Under the pieces are notes generated by a model that saw only the letters and a list, made by a program, of their open reading frames with translations, was not told the DNA's origin and ran no database searches. Shown here piece after piece: positions 1-7,861 of a stretch of DNA of 64,000 nucleotides. The stretch's first letter is position 1. The number at the start of each line of letters is the position of its first letter. A program made the translations under genes and the position numbers. Source of the stretch: an uncultured Rickettsiales bacterium (lineage in GTDB: Bacteria > Pseudomonadota > Alphaproteobacteria > Rs-D84); assembly GCA_900550495.1 (NCBI GenBank), contig URSJ01000004.1, positions 7,908 through 71,907 of the forward strand, given 5' to 3'.

Positions 1-272
1 AATGCGTACGTCCCGCCATATGGGTTTTTGTTCGTCATACCAATTGCACCAAATATTGTTGAATTGTTGATGTGTGAATAATCGTCAAATTCCCCCAGCA
101 ACGTGCGAACCTGGGTCACCATCTGGACCACTTCGTCATTGACGGCATTACGTTTCTGGGTCCGCATTGCGGTCGAAATCATACCAATCGCCCCAACGGT
201 GATAACCCCCATAATTGCCAACACACCCAACATTTCAATCATTGAACGACCAGATTCTTGTCTCATTTTCAT
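1..272 (-). CDS. Prepilin-type N-terminal cleavage/methylation domain protein (type IV pilin or pseudopilin-like); 3' end lies outside the window
   Basis: Reverse-strand ORF open to the window edge and absent from the ORF track. ATG at 272-270 follows an AGGGGA SD. The N-terminus MKMRQESG/RSMIEMLGVLAIMGVITVGAIG has a short leader ending in Gly, Glu at +5 and a hydrophobic helix, which is a class III (prepilin) signal. Confidence 0.6.
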   Translation of the reverse strand, partial: MKMRQESGRSMIEMLGVLAIMGVITVGAIGMISTAMRTQKRNAVNDEVVQMVTQVRTLLGEFDDYSHINNSTIFGAIGMTNKNPYGGTYA

Positions 273-281
273 ATCCCCTAT

Positions 282-309
282 TTGCTATTTGTTTTTTTTA
301 TTTTATCAT
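282..309 (+). promoter_or_regulatory. Putative sigma70 promoter of uvrC (TTGCTA, 16-nt spacer, TATCAT); ATG lies 7 nt after the -10, so the mRNA may be leaderless
   Basis: TTGCTA at 282-287 and TATCAT at 304-309. There is no purine-rich SD before ATG 317. Confidence 0.35.
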
Positions 310-316
310 AATTAGT

Positions 317-1738
317 ATGAATATTCAATTTTCTGATTTAATTGAAAACAGTCCTAACGCCCCCGGCGTCTATAAAATGTATGACTCCGATGGTGCGTTG
401 CTATACGTTGGCAAGGCCAAGAATTTGGCCAATCGCTTACGACAATACGTGGACGTGTCAAAACTGGAATTACACAAACAGGTCATGCGCAGTCTGGTTA
501 CGCGCGTTGATTGGGAAATCGTTCCGACCGAATCGGACGCGCTGATACGCGAACAGGAATTGATTAAAACGCTGCGACCGAAATACAATATTATGCTGAC
601 CGATGGGAAAATGTACCCGATGCTGGCATTGACTAATTCTGAATTTCCACGCCTGCTAAAATTTCGTGGCAAAATATCCCAGCGGCGTGACGTATACGGC
701 CCATATCCATCGGTTGGTGCATTGAACGAAACGATTAAAACAATTCAAAAAGTGTGCCAGATTCGAACATGCACCGACACGTTTATGCGCAATCGCGTGC
801 GTCCATGTTTGTTACACCAAATTGGTCGATGCAGTGCACCGTGCGTTTTACCACAATCAGACTATAACACACGTGTCAGCCTGGCGCGTCGAATTCTGAC
901 CGGTGACAGCGAACCAATCATCGCCGATTTAACGCAACAAATGCAAAAATGTTCTGCTGCAATGGAATTTGAATCGGCTGCTGCGCTCCGTGATAAAATC
1001 GCCGAATTGACACACACGTCAAATCGCGGTATACAGCGCAAACGTGCACATAGCGCAGATTTTGACTGGGCAAAAGCAACCAATGATTTGGAAGATTTTT
1101 TAGGTCTAAAAATATCCATGGCGGGTGTATTTGATAACTCGCATTTATTTGGACGCAATGCGGTTGGCGCAATGATCACATTTGGTCATGATGGGTTTAT
1201 AAAAACAGGATACAGACACTTTAAATTACGCAATGCTGCGGCGGCTGGAAATGACATTGCAATGATGGCCGAATTTGTTGCACGCGCGAACGAAAAAAAC
1301 AATCTGGATTTGATAATCGTTGACGGTGGTATGGCCCAGTGGCGCATCGCCCACCGCGTTGCCTCCAACGTTCCAATCCTTGGTGTCACCAAGGGCGAGG
1401 TTCGCAACGGCGACGAACATTTCATTATGCCCGACGGCACCGTCAATCGTAACGTCCCCAAAGATTCAAAATTGTTTCTGTTATTACGCGCTGTTCGGGA
1501 CGAAGCCCACCGTTTCGTAATAACATACCACCGCACAGTGCGTGCCAAAAAAATGACATCATCAGTCTTAGATGATATCGAGGATATTGGTCCAAAGCGC
1601 AAACATGCCCTGTTGACACATTTTGGTTCGGTTCGTGCAATATCAGATGCAGACATGCCAGCATTGTTACGCGTGCCAGGACTGGGACAAAGTGCTGCTG
1701 AAAAAATTTATGCATATTTCCATTCTGGGGTGGTATAA
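317..1738 (+). CDS. uvrC: Excinuclease ABC subunit C (UvrC), compact 473-aa form
   Basis: GIY-YIG motif (GVYKMYDSDGALLYVGKAKNLANRLRQY), Cys cluster (CTDTF..RPCLLHQIGRCSAPC), UVR motif (EFESAAALRDKIAEL) and C-terminal HhH pair (IGPKRKHALLTHFGS..VPGLG). Start moved from 215 to ATG 317 (MNIQFSDL). Confidence 0.9.
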   Translation: MNIQFSDLIENSPNAPGVYKMYDSDGALLYVGKAKNLANRLRQYVDVSKLELHKQVMRSLVTRVDWEIVPTESDALIREQELIKTLRPKYNIMLTDGKMYPMLALTNSEFPRLLKFRGKISQRRDVYGPYPSVGALNETIKTIQKVCQIRTCTDTFMRNRVRPCLLHQIGRCSAPCVLPQSDYNTRVSLARRILTGDSEPIIADLTQQMQKCSAAMEFESAAALRDKIAELTHTSNRGIQRKRAHSADFDWAKATNDLEDFLGLKISMAGVFDNSHLFGRNAVGAMITFGHDGFIKTGYRHFKLRNAAAAGNDIAMMAEFVARANEKNNLDLIIVDGGMAQWRIAHRVASNVPILGVTKGEVRNGDEHFIMPDGTVNRNVPKDSKLFLLLRAVRDEAHRFVITYHRTVRAKKMTSSVLDDIEDIGPKRKHALLTHFGSVRAISDADMPALLRVPGLGQSAAEKIYAYFHSGVV

Positions 1739-1776
1739 TATGCGTATTCATGATTTATAAGAAAAAGGAGTAAAAC

Positions 1777-2376
1777 ATGAAATTCTTTGTAAACTTTTTA
1801 TCAGCATTCCGCATCGCGGCGGCATTTGCGATAATTCCAACAATCATGTTCGGTATGTACAAGACAACATTTATCCTGTATGTATTGGCAGCAGTATCCG
1901 ATTGGTTTGATGGATACCTGGCACGTAAATATGATGTGTGCAGCAAACTGGGCGGCGTGATGGATCACATTGGCGACAAGTTACTGGTTTGCAACACATT
2001 GATTATGTTGGCGGTAATGATGCCAGTATGGTTTGTTGTTGTTCCTATCATATTGATGATTGCACGCGAATTGTATGTCAGCGGCCTGCGCGAATTCTTG
2101 GGCACCCAGAAAATTGAAATGCCCGTTCCCAAGGCACGTTTTTCACTGGGCAAAATAAAGACAACGTTCCAGATGATTACAATCGCTGCTTTCTTGGGCG
2201 TGTTCGCAATCGGTTCATTGGTCACCCCACAAACGACCAGCCGCGTGTTCGTATATGCGATTTACATCTTGCCCCAGATTGGCATGTGGGGATTGTGGAT
2301 TTCGCTGGGCGCGTCCCTGTTTAGTGCCGGACAATACACACGCACATTCGCAGAAAAATTAAAGAAAATTAAATAA
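1777..2376 (+). CDS. pgsA: CDP-diacylglycerol--glycerol-3-phosphate 3-phosphatidyltransferase
   Basis: CDP-alcohol phosphatidyltransferase motif DWFDGYLARKYDVCSKLGGVMDHIGDKLLV. Multi-TM 199-aa protein with an AAGGAG SD upstream. Confidence 0.85.
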   Translation: MKFFVNFLSAFRIAAAFAIIPTIMFGMYKTTFILYVLAAVSDWFDGYLARKYDVCSKLGGVMDHIGDKLLVCNTLIMLAVMMPVWFVVVPIILMIARELYVSGLREFLGTQKIEMPVPKARFSLGKIKTTFQMITIAAFLGVFAIGSLVTPQTTSRVFVYAIYILPQIGMWGLWISLGASLFSAGQYTRTFAEKLKKIK

Positions 2377-2381
2377 TTAAA

Positions 2382-2408
2382 ATACCGGCAAACTTGCCGG
2401 TATTTTTA
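2382..2408 (+). terminator. Rho-independent terminator after pgsA
   Basis: Hairpin ATACCGGCAAACTTGCCGGTAT followed by TTTTT. Confidence 0.75.
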
Positions 2409-2412
2409 TCGT

Positions 2413-2460
2413 AAAAAAAATGCGCTATATGCACTGTTTCCTGCACATAGCGCGTTTTTT
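2413..2460. terminator. Bidirectional terminator (serves dnaJ on the minus strand)
   Basis: An A8 run, the hairpin GCGCTATATGCAC..TGCACATAGCGC (one mismatch), then a T6 run. Confidence 0.7.
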
Positions 2461-3583
2461 AGAACCACCCTTTTTTGGCCTGTTTTGTTTCTGCAAATTC
2501 GGCCAAAATTTTCTTTTGTTTTTCGGTCAACTTTGTTGGAATTTGCACCCCAACCAAAATATATAAATCACCAAAACTGTTGCTGCGACCTGTGGGCATA
2601 CCGTGACCACGAACACGCAGTTTTTCACCAACCTGGGTGCCTGACGGAACCTTGACCGACAGTTTCTTGTCATCAATGGTATCAACCTCTATCTCGCCCC
2701 CCAGGGCCAGGGTTGTGAACGGCACGTCAATCCGTGAAACCAAATCTGCCCCGACGCGTTCAAAACGCGCATCAGGTGCAATATGAATATCCAAATAGAA
2801 ATCGCCCGGCGTGCCACCGTTTGATGCGGCCTCGCCCTGGCCGGCCAGGCGCAGACGTGTGCCATCATCAATGCCGGCCGGAATCTTGACGTCCAGGGTT
2901 CTGGATTTATGCACCGTCCCCGTTCCATCACAGGCAGTGCATTTTTTATCAATTTTGCGCCCCAGACCACCACAATCAGGGCACGGGGTTTCCATGGCAA
3001 AAAATCCCTGACGCGTGTGAACATATCCCGAACCGCCACACGTTTTACATACTGGTGCCGGTTTGCCATCGGCGGTGCCATTGCCGCCACATTTTTCACA
3101 CGTCACATTGCTGGAAAACTTTACTGTATGCGTTGTGCCAAAATATGCATCACGCAGTGATATTGTAACATCGTCCAACAAATCACGACCGCGATTTTGT
3201 TGTGCGCCACGCGTGGCACCAAAGTCACCAAATCCGAATCCGCGCATTGCCTCGCGCAATATATCGTCCATGCCGGCGCCACCGCCCATATCAAAATGAA
3301 ATGCGCCATTACCGAACGGATTACCACCAAAACCGGCACCTGCCGACGCGCCATTTCCCCCTGCGAACGCCGCATCACCGAATCGGTCATATGCCGCACG
3401 CTTTTGCGGGTCTTTCAGAATATCAAAGGCGTTGTTTATTTCTTTGAATTTCTCTTCAGCAGATTTATCACCAGGATTTTTATCAGGGTGATATTGCATA
3501 ACCAATTTATGGTATGCCTTTTTAATGTCAGCATCCGACGCATCACGCGCGACGCCCAAAACTTCGTATGGATTTTTATTCAT
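2459..3583 (-). CDS. dnaJ: Molecular chaperone DnaJ
   Basis: J-domain (YEVLGV..HPDKN), G/F-rich linker and four CxxCxGxG repeats (CEKCGGNG, CKTCGGSG, CPDCGGLG, CTACDGTG). Start reassigned to ATG 3583 (MNKNPYEVLGV). No dnaK is adjacent. Confidence 0.95.
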   Translation of the reverse strand: MNKNPYEVLGVARDASDADIKKAYHKLVMQYHPDKNPGDKSAEEKFKEINNAFDILKDPQKRAAYDRFGDAAFAGGNGASAGAGFGGNPFGNGAFHFDMGGGAGMDDILREAMRGFGFGDFGATRGAQQNRGRDLLDDVTISLRDAYFGTTHTVKFSSNVTCEKCGGNGTADGKPAPVCKTCGGSGYVHTRQGFFAMETPCPDCGGLGRKIDKKCTACDGTGTVHKSRTLDVKIPAGIDDGTRLRLAGQGEAASNGGTPGDFYLDIHIAPDARFERVGADLVSRIDVPFTTLALGGEIEVDTIDDKKLSVKVPSGTQVGEKLRVRGHGMPTGRSNSFGDLYILVGVQIPTKLTEKQKKILAEFAETKQAKKGWF

Positions 3584-3615
3584 AATATCAGGCCTATTAT
3601 TTTTTCGTTGATTGA

Positions 3616-3644
3616 TATATAAGGCCCACAATAGAAAATTCAAG
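3616..3644 (-). promoter_or_regulatory. Putative RpoH (sigma32)-type heat-shock promoter of dnaJ
   Basis: In gene orientation the sequence reads CTTGAA, 14 nt, CCTTATAT. This matches the sigma32 consensus CTTGAA-N13-15-CCCCATnT and sits about 30 nt upstream of ATG 3583. Confidence 0.45.
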
Positions 3645-3662
3645 TCCTGAAAACTGTTTCGC

Positions 3663-3692
3663 TTGCGAAAAATGAATTTTTGCGCTAATAAT
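3663..3692 (+). promoter_or_regulatory. Putative promoter of parE (TTGCGA, 18-nt spacer, AATAAT); ATG lies 8 nt downstream with no SD
   Basis: TTGCGA at 3663-3668 and AATAAT at 3687-3692. The interval ACGGTGCT before ATG 3701 has no SD. Confidence 0.3.
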
Positions 3693-3700
3693 ACGGTGCT

Positions 3701-5680
3701 ATGACAGAAAATAATACACACACATACGATGCATCAGATATTCAAGTACTAGAAGGATTGGAACCCGTTCGCCTGCGCCCCGGTATGTATATTGGTGGCA
3801 CCGATGAAAAGGCGTGGCACCACCTGCCGATAGAGATTATGGATAACTCTATTGACGAGGCCGTGGCCGGCTTTGCCAAGAAAATCACGGTGAACCTGAT
3901 TGACGCCAAGACGATTGAAATTACCGATGACGGTCGCGGCATCCCGGTTGACGAACACCCAAAATATCCGGGCAAATCCGCATTAGAGGTTATTTTGACC
4001 ACCCTGCATTCTGGGGGCAAGTTTAATAATAATGTTTATAAAACCAGTGGCGGTCTGCACGGCGTCGGCAGTGCGGTTGTCAACGCCCTGTCGTCTGAAA
4101 TGATTGTGACGATTTCCCGTGACGGATACGAATGGCACCAGACGTTTTCACGTGGCAAGGTCACATCGCCAATAACGCGCGGCAACGCAACCAAGGCCCA
4201 CGGGACAAAAATCCGCTTTACCATAGATGATGAAATTTTCGGCACGAACGCTGTGTTCAAACCGATTAAGATTTATCGTATGGCGCGTGCAAAATCATTT
4301 TTATCACGTGGGGTAAAAATTGACTGGCACTGCAATCCAGACCTGTTGACTGATGATATGCAGATTCCAACCGACACGACATTTTATTACCCGGGTGGTG
4401 TCGCAGATTTTCTGGACGAAAAGACAAATTCAAAACCACGCATATTGCCAAAAATTTTCAGTGGCAGTGTTGATTTTCCTGATGATTCTGGCCGCGTAGA
4501 ATGGGCATTGACGGTATTGACCGACGAAAACGGTGCGGCATCTGACGATGGATTTTTTGCGTCATACTGCAATACGATTGCAACAATTGACGGTGGCACA
4601 CACGAAACTGGGTTCAAGGCCGCAATTACCAAGGGGATTAAGGCATACGGGGAAAAGGTGAACAATAAATCCGCGTCCACAATCATTGGCGACGACGTAT
4701 TTGATTCGGTTGCGGCGATTGTATCCGTATTTTATAAAACGCCACAGTTCTTGGGCCAAACCAAAGAGAAATTATCTAACCCTGAAATTGCCCGTTATAC
4801 CGAGGCCGCATTACGTGACCCGTGGGAAATATTTTTGGCTTCGGACCCAAAAACGGCAAACGCATTGCTGGACTTTATCGTAAATCTGGCGAACGCCCGT
4901 ATCAAGACCAAACAGGTCAAGGATATTGCACGCAAGACCCCAACGAAACGCGCCCGTATGCCGGCAAAACTGGCCGATTGTTCCAAGCACGGCATAGAAG
5001 GCACAGAATTATTTATAGTAGAGGGCGAATCGGCTGGCGGTACCGCGAAACAGGCACGCGACCGCGCAACCCAGGCGATTATGCCCCTGCGTGGCAAGGT
5101 TTTAAACGTTATCTCTAATTCCGACGAACGATTCGGCGCGAACAAGGAATTAAACGAACTGATTGATATTATTGGTGCCGGCACGGCCAAGGATTGGGAC
5201 AATTCAAAATTACGCTATGAAAAAATCATCGTGATGACCGATGCCGACGTTGACGGCAGTCATATTGCATCATTGCTGATGGCGTTTTTCTATCAACATA
5301 TGCCACAACTGATTTATGGTGGTCATTTGTATTTATCGTGTCCGCCACTGTATAAATTCACATGTGGCACCGAATCGTTCTATGTGGACAGTGACGAAGA
5401 ACTGGACGCATTGCAAAACGGCAAATATAAAAATAAAAAGGTGGAAATTTCCCGATTCAAGGGTCTGGGCGAAATGATGCCGAACCAGTTAAAGGAAACA
5501 ACTATGTCGCCCAAGACACGTCGTTTAATTCGCGTTGAATTACCACCACGCACCGACGACGGCATAGAAGACACCGAAAAAACGCGCACAATTGTTTCTG
5601 AATTGATGGGCCGCAAACCTGAATTTCGTTTTCGCTTTATCACAGAACACGCGCAATTTGTCAAAGACCTGTTCGTATAA
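3701..5680 (+). CDS. parE: DNA topoisomerase IV subunit B
   Basis: GHKL ATPase, Toprim and type IIA subunit B motifs (LEGLEPVRLRPGMYIGGTD, EGESAGG, PLRGKVLNV, MTDADVDGSHI). The 659-aa length fits ParE rather than the ~800-aa GyrB. Confidence 0.85.
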   Translation: MTENNTHTYDASDIQVLEGLEPVRLRPGMYIGGTDEKAWHHLPIEIMDNSIDEAVAGFAKKITVNLIDAKTIEITDDGRGIPVDEHPKYPGKSALEVILTTLHSGGKFNNNVYKTSGGLHGVGSAVVNALSSEMIVTISRDGYEWHQTFSRGKVTSPITRGNATKAHGTKIRFTIDDEIFGTNAVFKPIKIYRMARAKSFLSRGVKIDWHCNPDLLTDDMQIPTDTTFYYPGGVADFLDEKTNSKPRILPKIFSGSVDFPDDSGRVEWALTVLTDENGAASDDGFFASYCNTIATIDGGTHETGFKAAITKGIKAYGEKVNNKSASTIIGDDVFDSVAAIVSVFYKTPQFLGQTKEKLSNPEIARYTEAALRDPWEIFLASDPKTANALLDFIVNLANARIKTKQVKDIARKTPTKRARMPAKLADCSKHGIEGTELFIVEGESAGGTAKQARDRATQAIMPLRGKVLNVISNSDERFGANKELNELIDIIGAGTAKDWDNSKLRYEKIIVMTDADVDGSHIASLLMAFFYQHMPQLIYGGHLYLSCPPLYKFTCGTESFYVDSDEELDALQNGKYKNKKVEISRFKGLGEMMPNQLKETTMSPKTRRLIRVELPPRTDDGIEDTEKTRTIVSELMGRKPEFRFRFITEHAQFVKDLFV

Positions 5681-5735
5681 AACCCTGTTTTTTTCCTGTT
5701 GTGGGTAATTTCCTGTCGTGAACGCTTTCGCACGT

Positions 5736-5769
5736 GTCATTCCGGGGCGCGTCCCCGGAATCCAGGCAT
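5736..5769. repeat. REP-like palindromic unit (GTCATTCC-GGGG..CCCC-GGAATCCAGG-CAT)
   Basis: Hairpin TTCCGGGG-CGCGT-CCCCGGAA. The tail GAATCCAGGCAT recurs as GAATCCAGGTCAT at 7690-7702 and 14111-14123. Confidence 0.6.
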
Positions 5770-5818
5770 AACAAAGCCCCTGCGGGCCCTCCCTATTTCT
5801 GTCCCTCACAACGAATAC

Positions 5819-5846
5819 TTGACAATTTATATTTTTGTCCTATATT
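5819..5846 (+). promoter_or_regulatory. Sigma70-type promoter (TTGACA, 16-nt spacer, TATATT) for the 5881 gene
   Basis: Consensus -35 TTGACA at 5819-5824 and TATATT at 5841-5846. An AGAGGGA SD precedes ATG 5881. Confidence 0.55.
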
Positions 5847-5880
5847 ATACGTATAGAATAACACATAGAGGGATATAAAA

Positions 5881-6324
5881 ATGAAATTCGGACCAACACA
5901 TAAAAAGAAAAACACATATATTGTCAAATTGAATAATTTGATGATTGACGCGTTTGCGTTCGGTATGTGCGATAAAATGCCACTGCCGGTTATAATCCTT
6001 AATGGCCAGCCGACACAGAACGACCAGAACGGCTGGCTGAAATGCACAAAATTTCCAAACCCTGGCGCGGTCGAAATGCAGGCAACATTCAGCGAAATGA
6101 AACCTGTGATGGGTGAAAAAGTTGCGTCCACGATTATAGAATACCTGGACAAAGAAACGGGCCGTCCTGTTGCGACACTGTTTCCGACCGTGTTATACAT
6201 ACACGACAACTATGAAAACGATTATATGGCCCATCTGAATCACGCATCGCGCCAAGATTTAAATCATCAACTCGCCCTGCGCCAGGAATTAATCAAAAAA
6301 TATATAATGTCCAAGAATCGTTAA
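5881..6324 (+). CDS. Hypothetical protein (147 aa), no recognised domain
   Basis: The ORF has its own promoter, SD and a shared bidirectional terminator. It converges on family copy A. Confidence 0.55.
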   Translation: MKFGPTHKKKNTYIVKLNNLMIDAFAFGMCDKMPLPVIILNGQPTQNDQNGWLKCTKFPNPGAVEMQATFSEMKPVMGEKVASTIIEYLDKETGRPVATLFPTVLYIHDNYENDYMAHLNHASRQDLNHQLALRQELIKKYIMSKNR

Positions 6325-6350
6325 AAAACGGGGTTTTGCCCCGTTTTTTT
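6323..6350. terminator. Bidirectional terminator (AAAAAA-CGGGGTTTTGCCCCG-TTTTTTT)
   Basis: Perfect GC stem flanked by A and T runs. It is nearly identical to the terminator at 7833-7861. Confidence 0.8.
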
Positions 6351-7548
6351 ATTGAATACCGACACTGAAATCATCGCCCCACGTGGCAACAACCTGGCCA
6401 CCGATGGTGCATTGCACATCTTCAAATCCGCCAGATACCTGGTTCTTTTTTACGATATTACTGGTCACCAACGCGCCCGTTGTCCCCAGCACAACCGCTG
6501 CAATGGAATCAGATGCCAAACGTGCCGTGTTAAAGTTCCCCTGCTTATCGCGCCACACAGACACCTTGAAATCATCAGACATCGCGTTCAACCGTGTCCA
6601 GGCGCGTTTAATTTTCAAACGCGACGCATTTTGTTCCGAAATAATAACCTGGGAATTATCGCCCGATATTGTCACAGAATACAGATTCTTTTCCTCTGGC
6701 AATTCCTGGCAATATTCACTGCGCCCCGCATTATAGTAAATTTCAACATTTTTCAATTTACCACTTTCATATTTAGGCACGCTAACCTTTGTATTATTGC
6801 CGACATCAAGACAGACCTTCAATACAGGCAACGCCTTCCATTTATGGCTGGTCTGGGTGTCACCATGATTTTCATTTGTGCATTCAAAAACAAATGCATC
6901 AGCCCCCTGGGTGGCTGAACCCCCAACCGCACCACCAAATGACAACCAAATTTTATCACCAGGATTTTTTACTTCGCACCCCTTAATTTTTGACTTTGTT
7001 CCTGGATTATTACAATCATAACACTTTTTATTTGCTTCACTTGCTGGTCGCAGCCCATCAGTTGCACAGAATTCATATCCTGCACTGTCCACCCACAAAT
7101 ATTCATCCATATATGCATCTCTGGTCGCACTCTTGGCGCATGTTCCAGTGGCGATGCGAACCGACGCAGTTGTTTTCTTGGCCGGTGCCGGCGTAGATGT
7201 AGTGGTTTTCTCGGCTGGCGCGCCGACCAAGTCGGCCGGCACTTCTATTTCTTTTAAGCATACAAGGTATACTGTTCCAATTCCTGCAATTTCTCCTAGA
7301 GGACCTTGCGCTTTATAGCCTTTCTCACAATTAACAACCCCAGACCGGCAGCCAGACTCCGCCGTTAATATTTCAGCGCATGCTGTTGCATGTTTATGCC
7401 CATAGCACGGCACAACCACGTTGCACACATTGTCCCAGCTGCCACCAGCGCCGCCACCGCTGGTGCTGCCACCGCCCCACTCAGCCACAGCATTTAAGTT
7501 AAATAGAAACACTCCACAAAAAGCGGCTAAAACAATGCGTCTTATCAT
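6349..7548 (-). CDS. Secreted cysteine-rich protein, family copy A (399 aa): conserved signal peptide and Gly linker, variable Cys-rich core, conserved C-terminal ~92-aa domain
   Basis: Signal peptide MIRRIVLAAFCGVFLFNLNAVA followed by EWGGGSTSGGGAGGSW. The C-terminus NAMSDDFKVSVW..NFNTARLASDSIAAVVLGTTGALVTSNIVKKNQVSGGFEDVQCTIGGQVVATWGDDFSVGIQ is shared with copies B and C. Confidence 0.8.
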   Translation of the reverse strand: MIRRIVLAAFCGVFLFNLNAVAEWGGGSTSGGGAGGSWDNVCNVVVPCYGHKHATACAEILTAESGCRSGVVNCEKGYKAQGPLGEIAGIGTVYLVCLKEIEVPADLVGAPAEKTTTSTPAPAKKTTASVRIATGTCAKSATRDAYMDEYLWVDSAGYEFCATDGLRPASEANKKCYDCNNPGTKSKIKGCEVKNPGDKIWLSFGGAVGGSATQGADAFVFECTNENHGDTQTSHKWKALPVLKVCLDVGNNTKVSVPKYESGKLKNVEIYYNAGRSEYCQELPEEKNLYSVTISGDNSQVIISEQNASRLKIKRAWTRLNAMSDDFKVSVWRDKQGNFNTARLASDSIAAVVLGTTGALVTSNIVKKNQVSGGFEDVQCTIGGQVVATWGDDFSVGIQ

Positions 7549-7624
7549 ACCTCTATCCCCTTTTTATGCCGAAAATAAACCTGGCGTTTAAAAACGACAT
7601 TCCTACTTGTATTCTAATGTTCTT

Positions 7625-7654
7625 ATTTTACCATATTTTTCACCCCCCGACCAA
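7625..7654 (-). promoter_or_regulatory. Promoter of family copy A: TTGGTC, 18-nt spacer containing G6, extended -10 TGGTAAAAT
   Basis: Gene-orientation sequence TTGGTCGGGGGGTGAAAAATATGGTAAAAT. It is conserved upstream of copies B and C. A ~70-nt conserved leader follows. Confidence 0.5.
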
Positions 7655-7672
7655 GAACAAATTTACGCCATA

Positions 7673-7702
7673 TCCGGGGGTTCGTCCCGGAATCCAGGTC
7701 AT
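7673..7702. repeat. REP-like palindromic unit
   Basis: Hairpin TCCGGG..CCCGGA followed by ATCCAGGTCAT. It belongs to the same family as the units at 5736 and 14111. Confidence 0.55.
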
Positions 7703-7734
7703 GGTGCAAATAGTGCCGAATACCACCGCCTTTT

Positions 7735-7798
7735 GTCATTCCAGGGCCTGCGACGGGTTGACGGCAGAAAATGATAAAGCCCCCCGGCCTGCGACGGG
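7735..7798. repeat. REP-like unit with an internal 13-nt direct repeat
   Basis: Starts with GTCATTCC. GGCCTGCGACGGG occurs at 7745-7757 and again at 7786-7798. Confidence 0.55.
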
Positions 7799-7832
7799 GA
7801 CGACAGATGGGGAACTTACACTTTCTTGCAAT

Positions 7833-7861
7833 AAAAAAACGGGGTTTTACCCCGTTTTTTT
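7833..7861. terminator. Bidirectional terminator (A7-CGGGGTTTTACCCCG-T7) after family copy B
   Basis: GC hairpin with flanking A and T runs. It is a paralogue of the terminator at 6323-6350. Confidence 0.8.

Noticed and set aside
2422-2453. The recurrent 12-13-mer GCGCTAT[A/G]TGCA[C/T] as a possible DNA-uptake sequence. It occurs at 2422, 2441 (reverse complement), 22211, 31107 (reverse complement) and 33251 (reverse complement). It was considered given the presence of dprA, a secretin and a pilin.
   Set aside because: Five degenerate copies in 64 kb is far below the density of known DUS/USS elements. All lie in terminator-like contexts and may simply be related terminator arms. A genome-wide k-mer over-representation test would be needed.
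7552-7600. A short upstream ORF in the conserved leader of the family genes (A: MSFLNARFIFGIKRG, B: MSFLNACLFSA, C: MLILNGGLFSTWKKGIL).
   Set aside because: The peptides differ in length and sequence after the first few residues, and the ATG has no properly spaced SD. Conservation is better explained at the RNA or DNA level.
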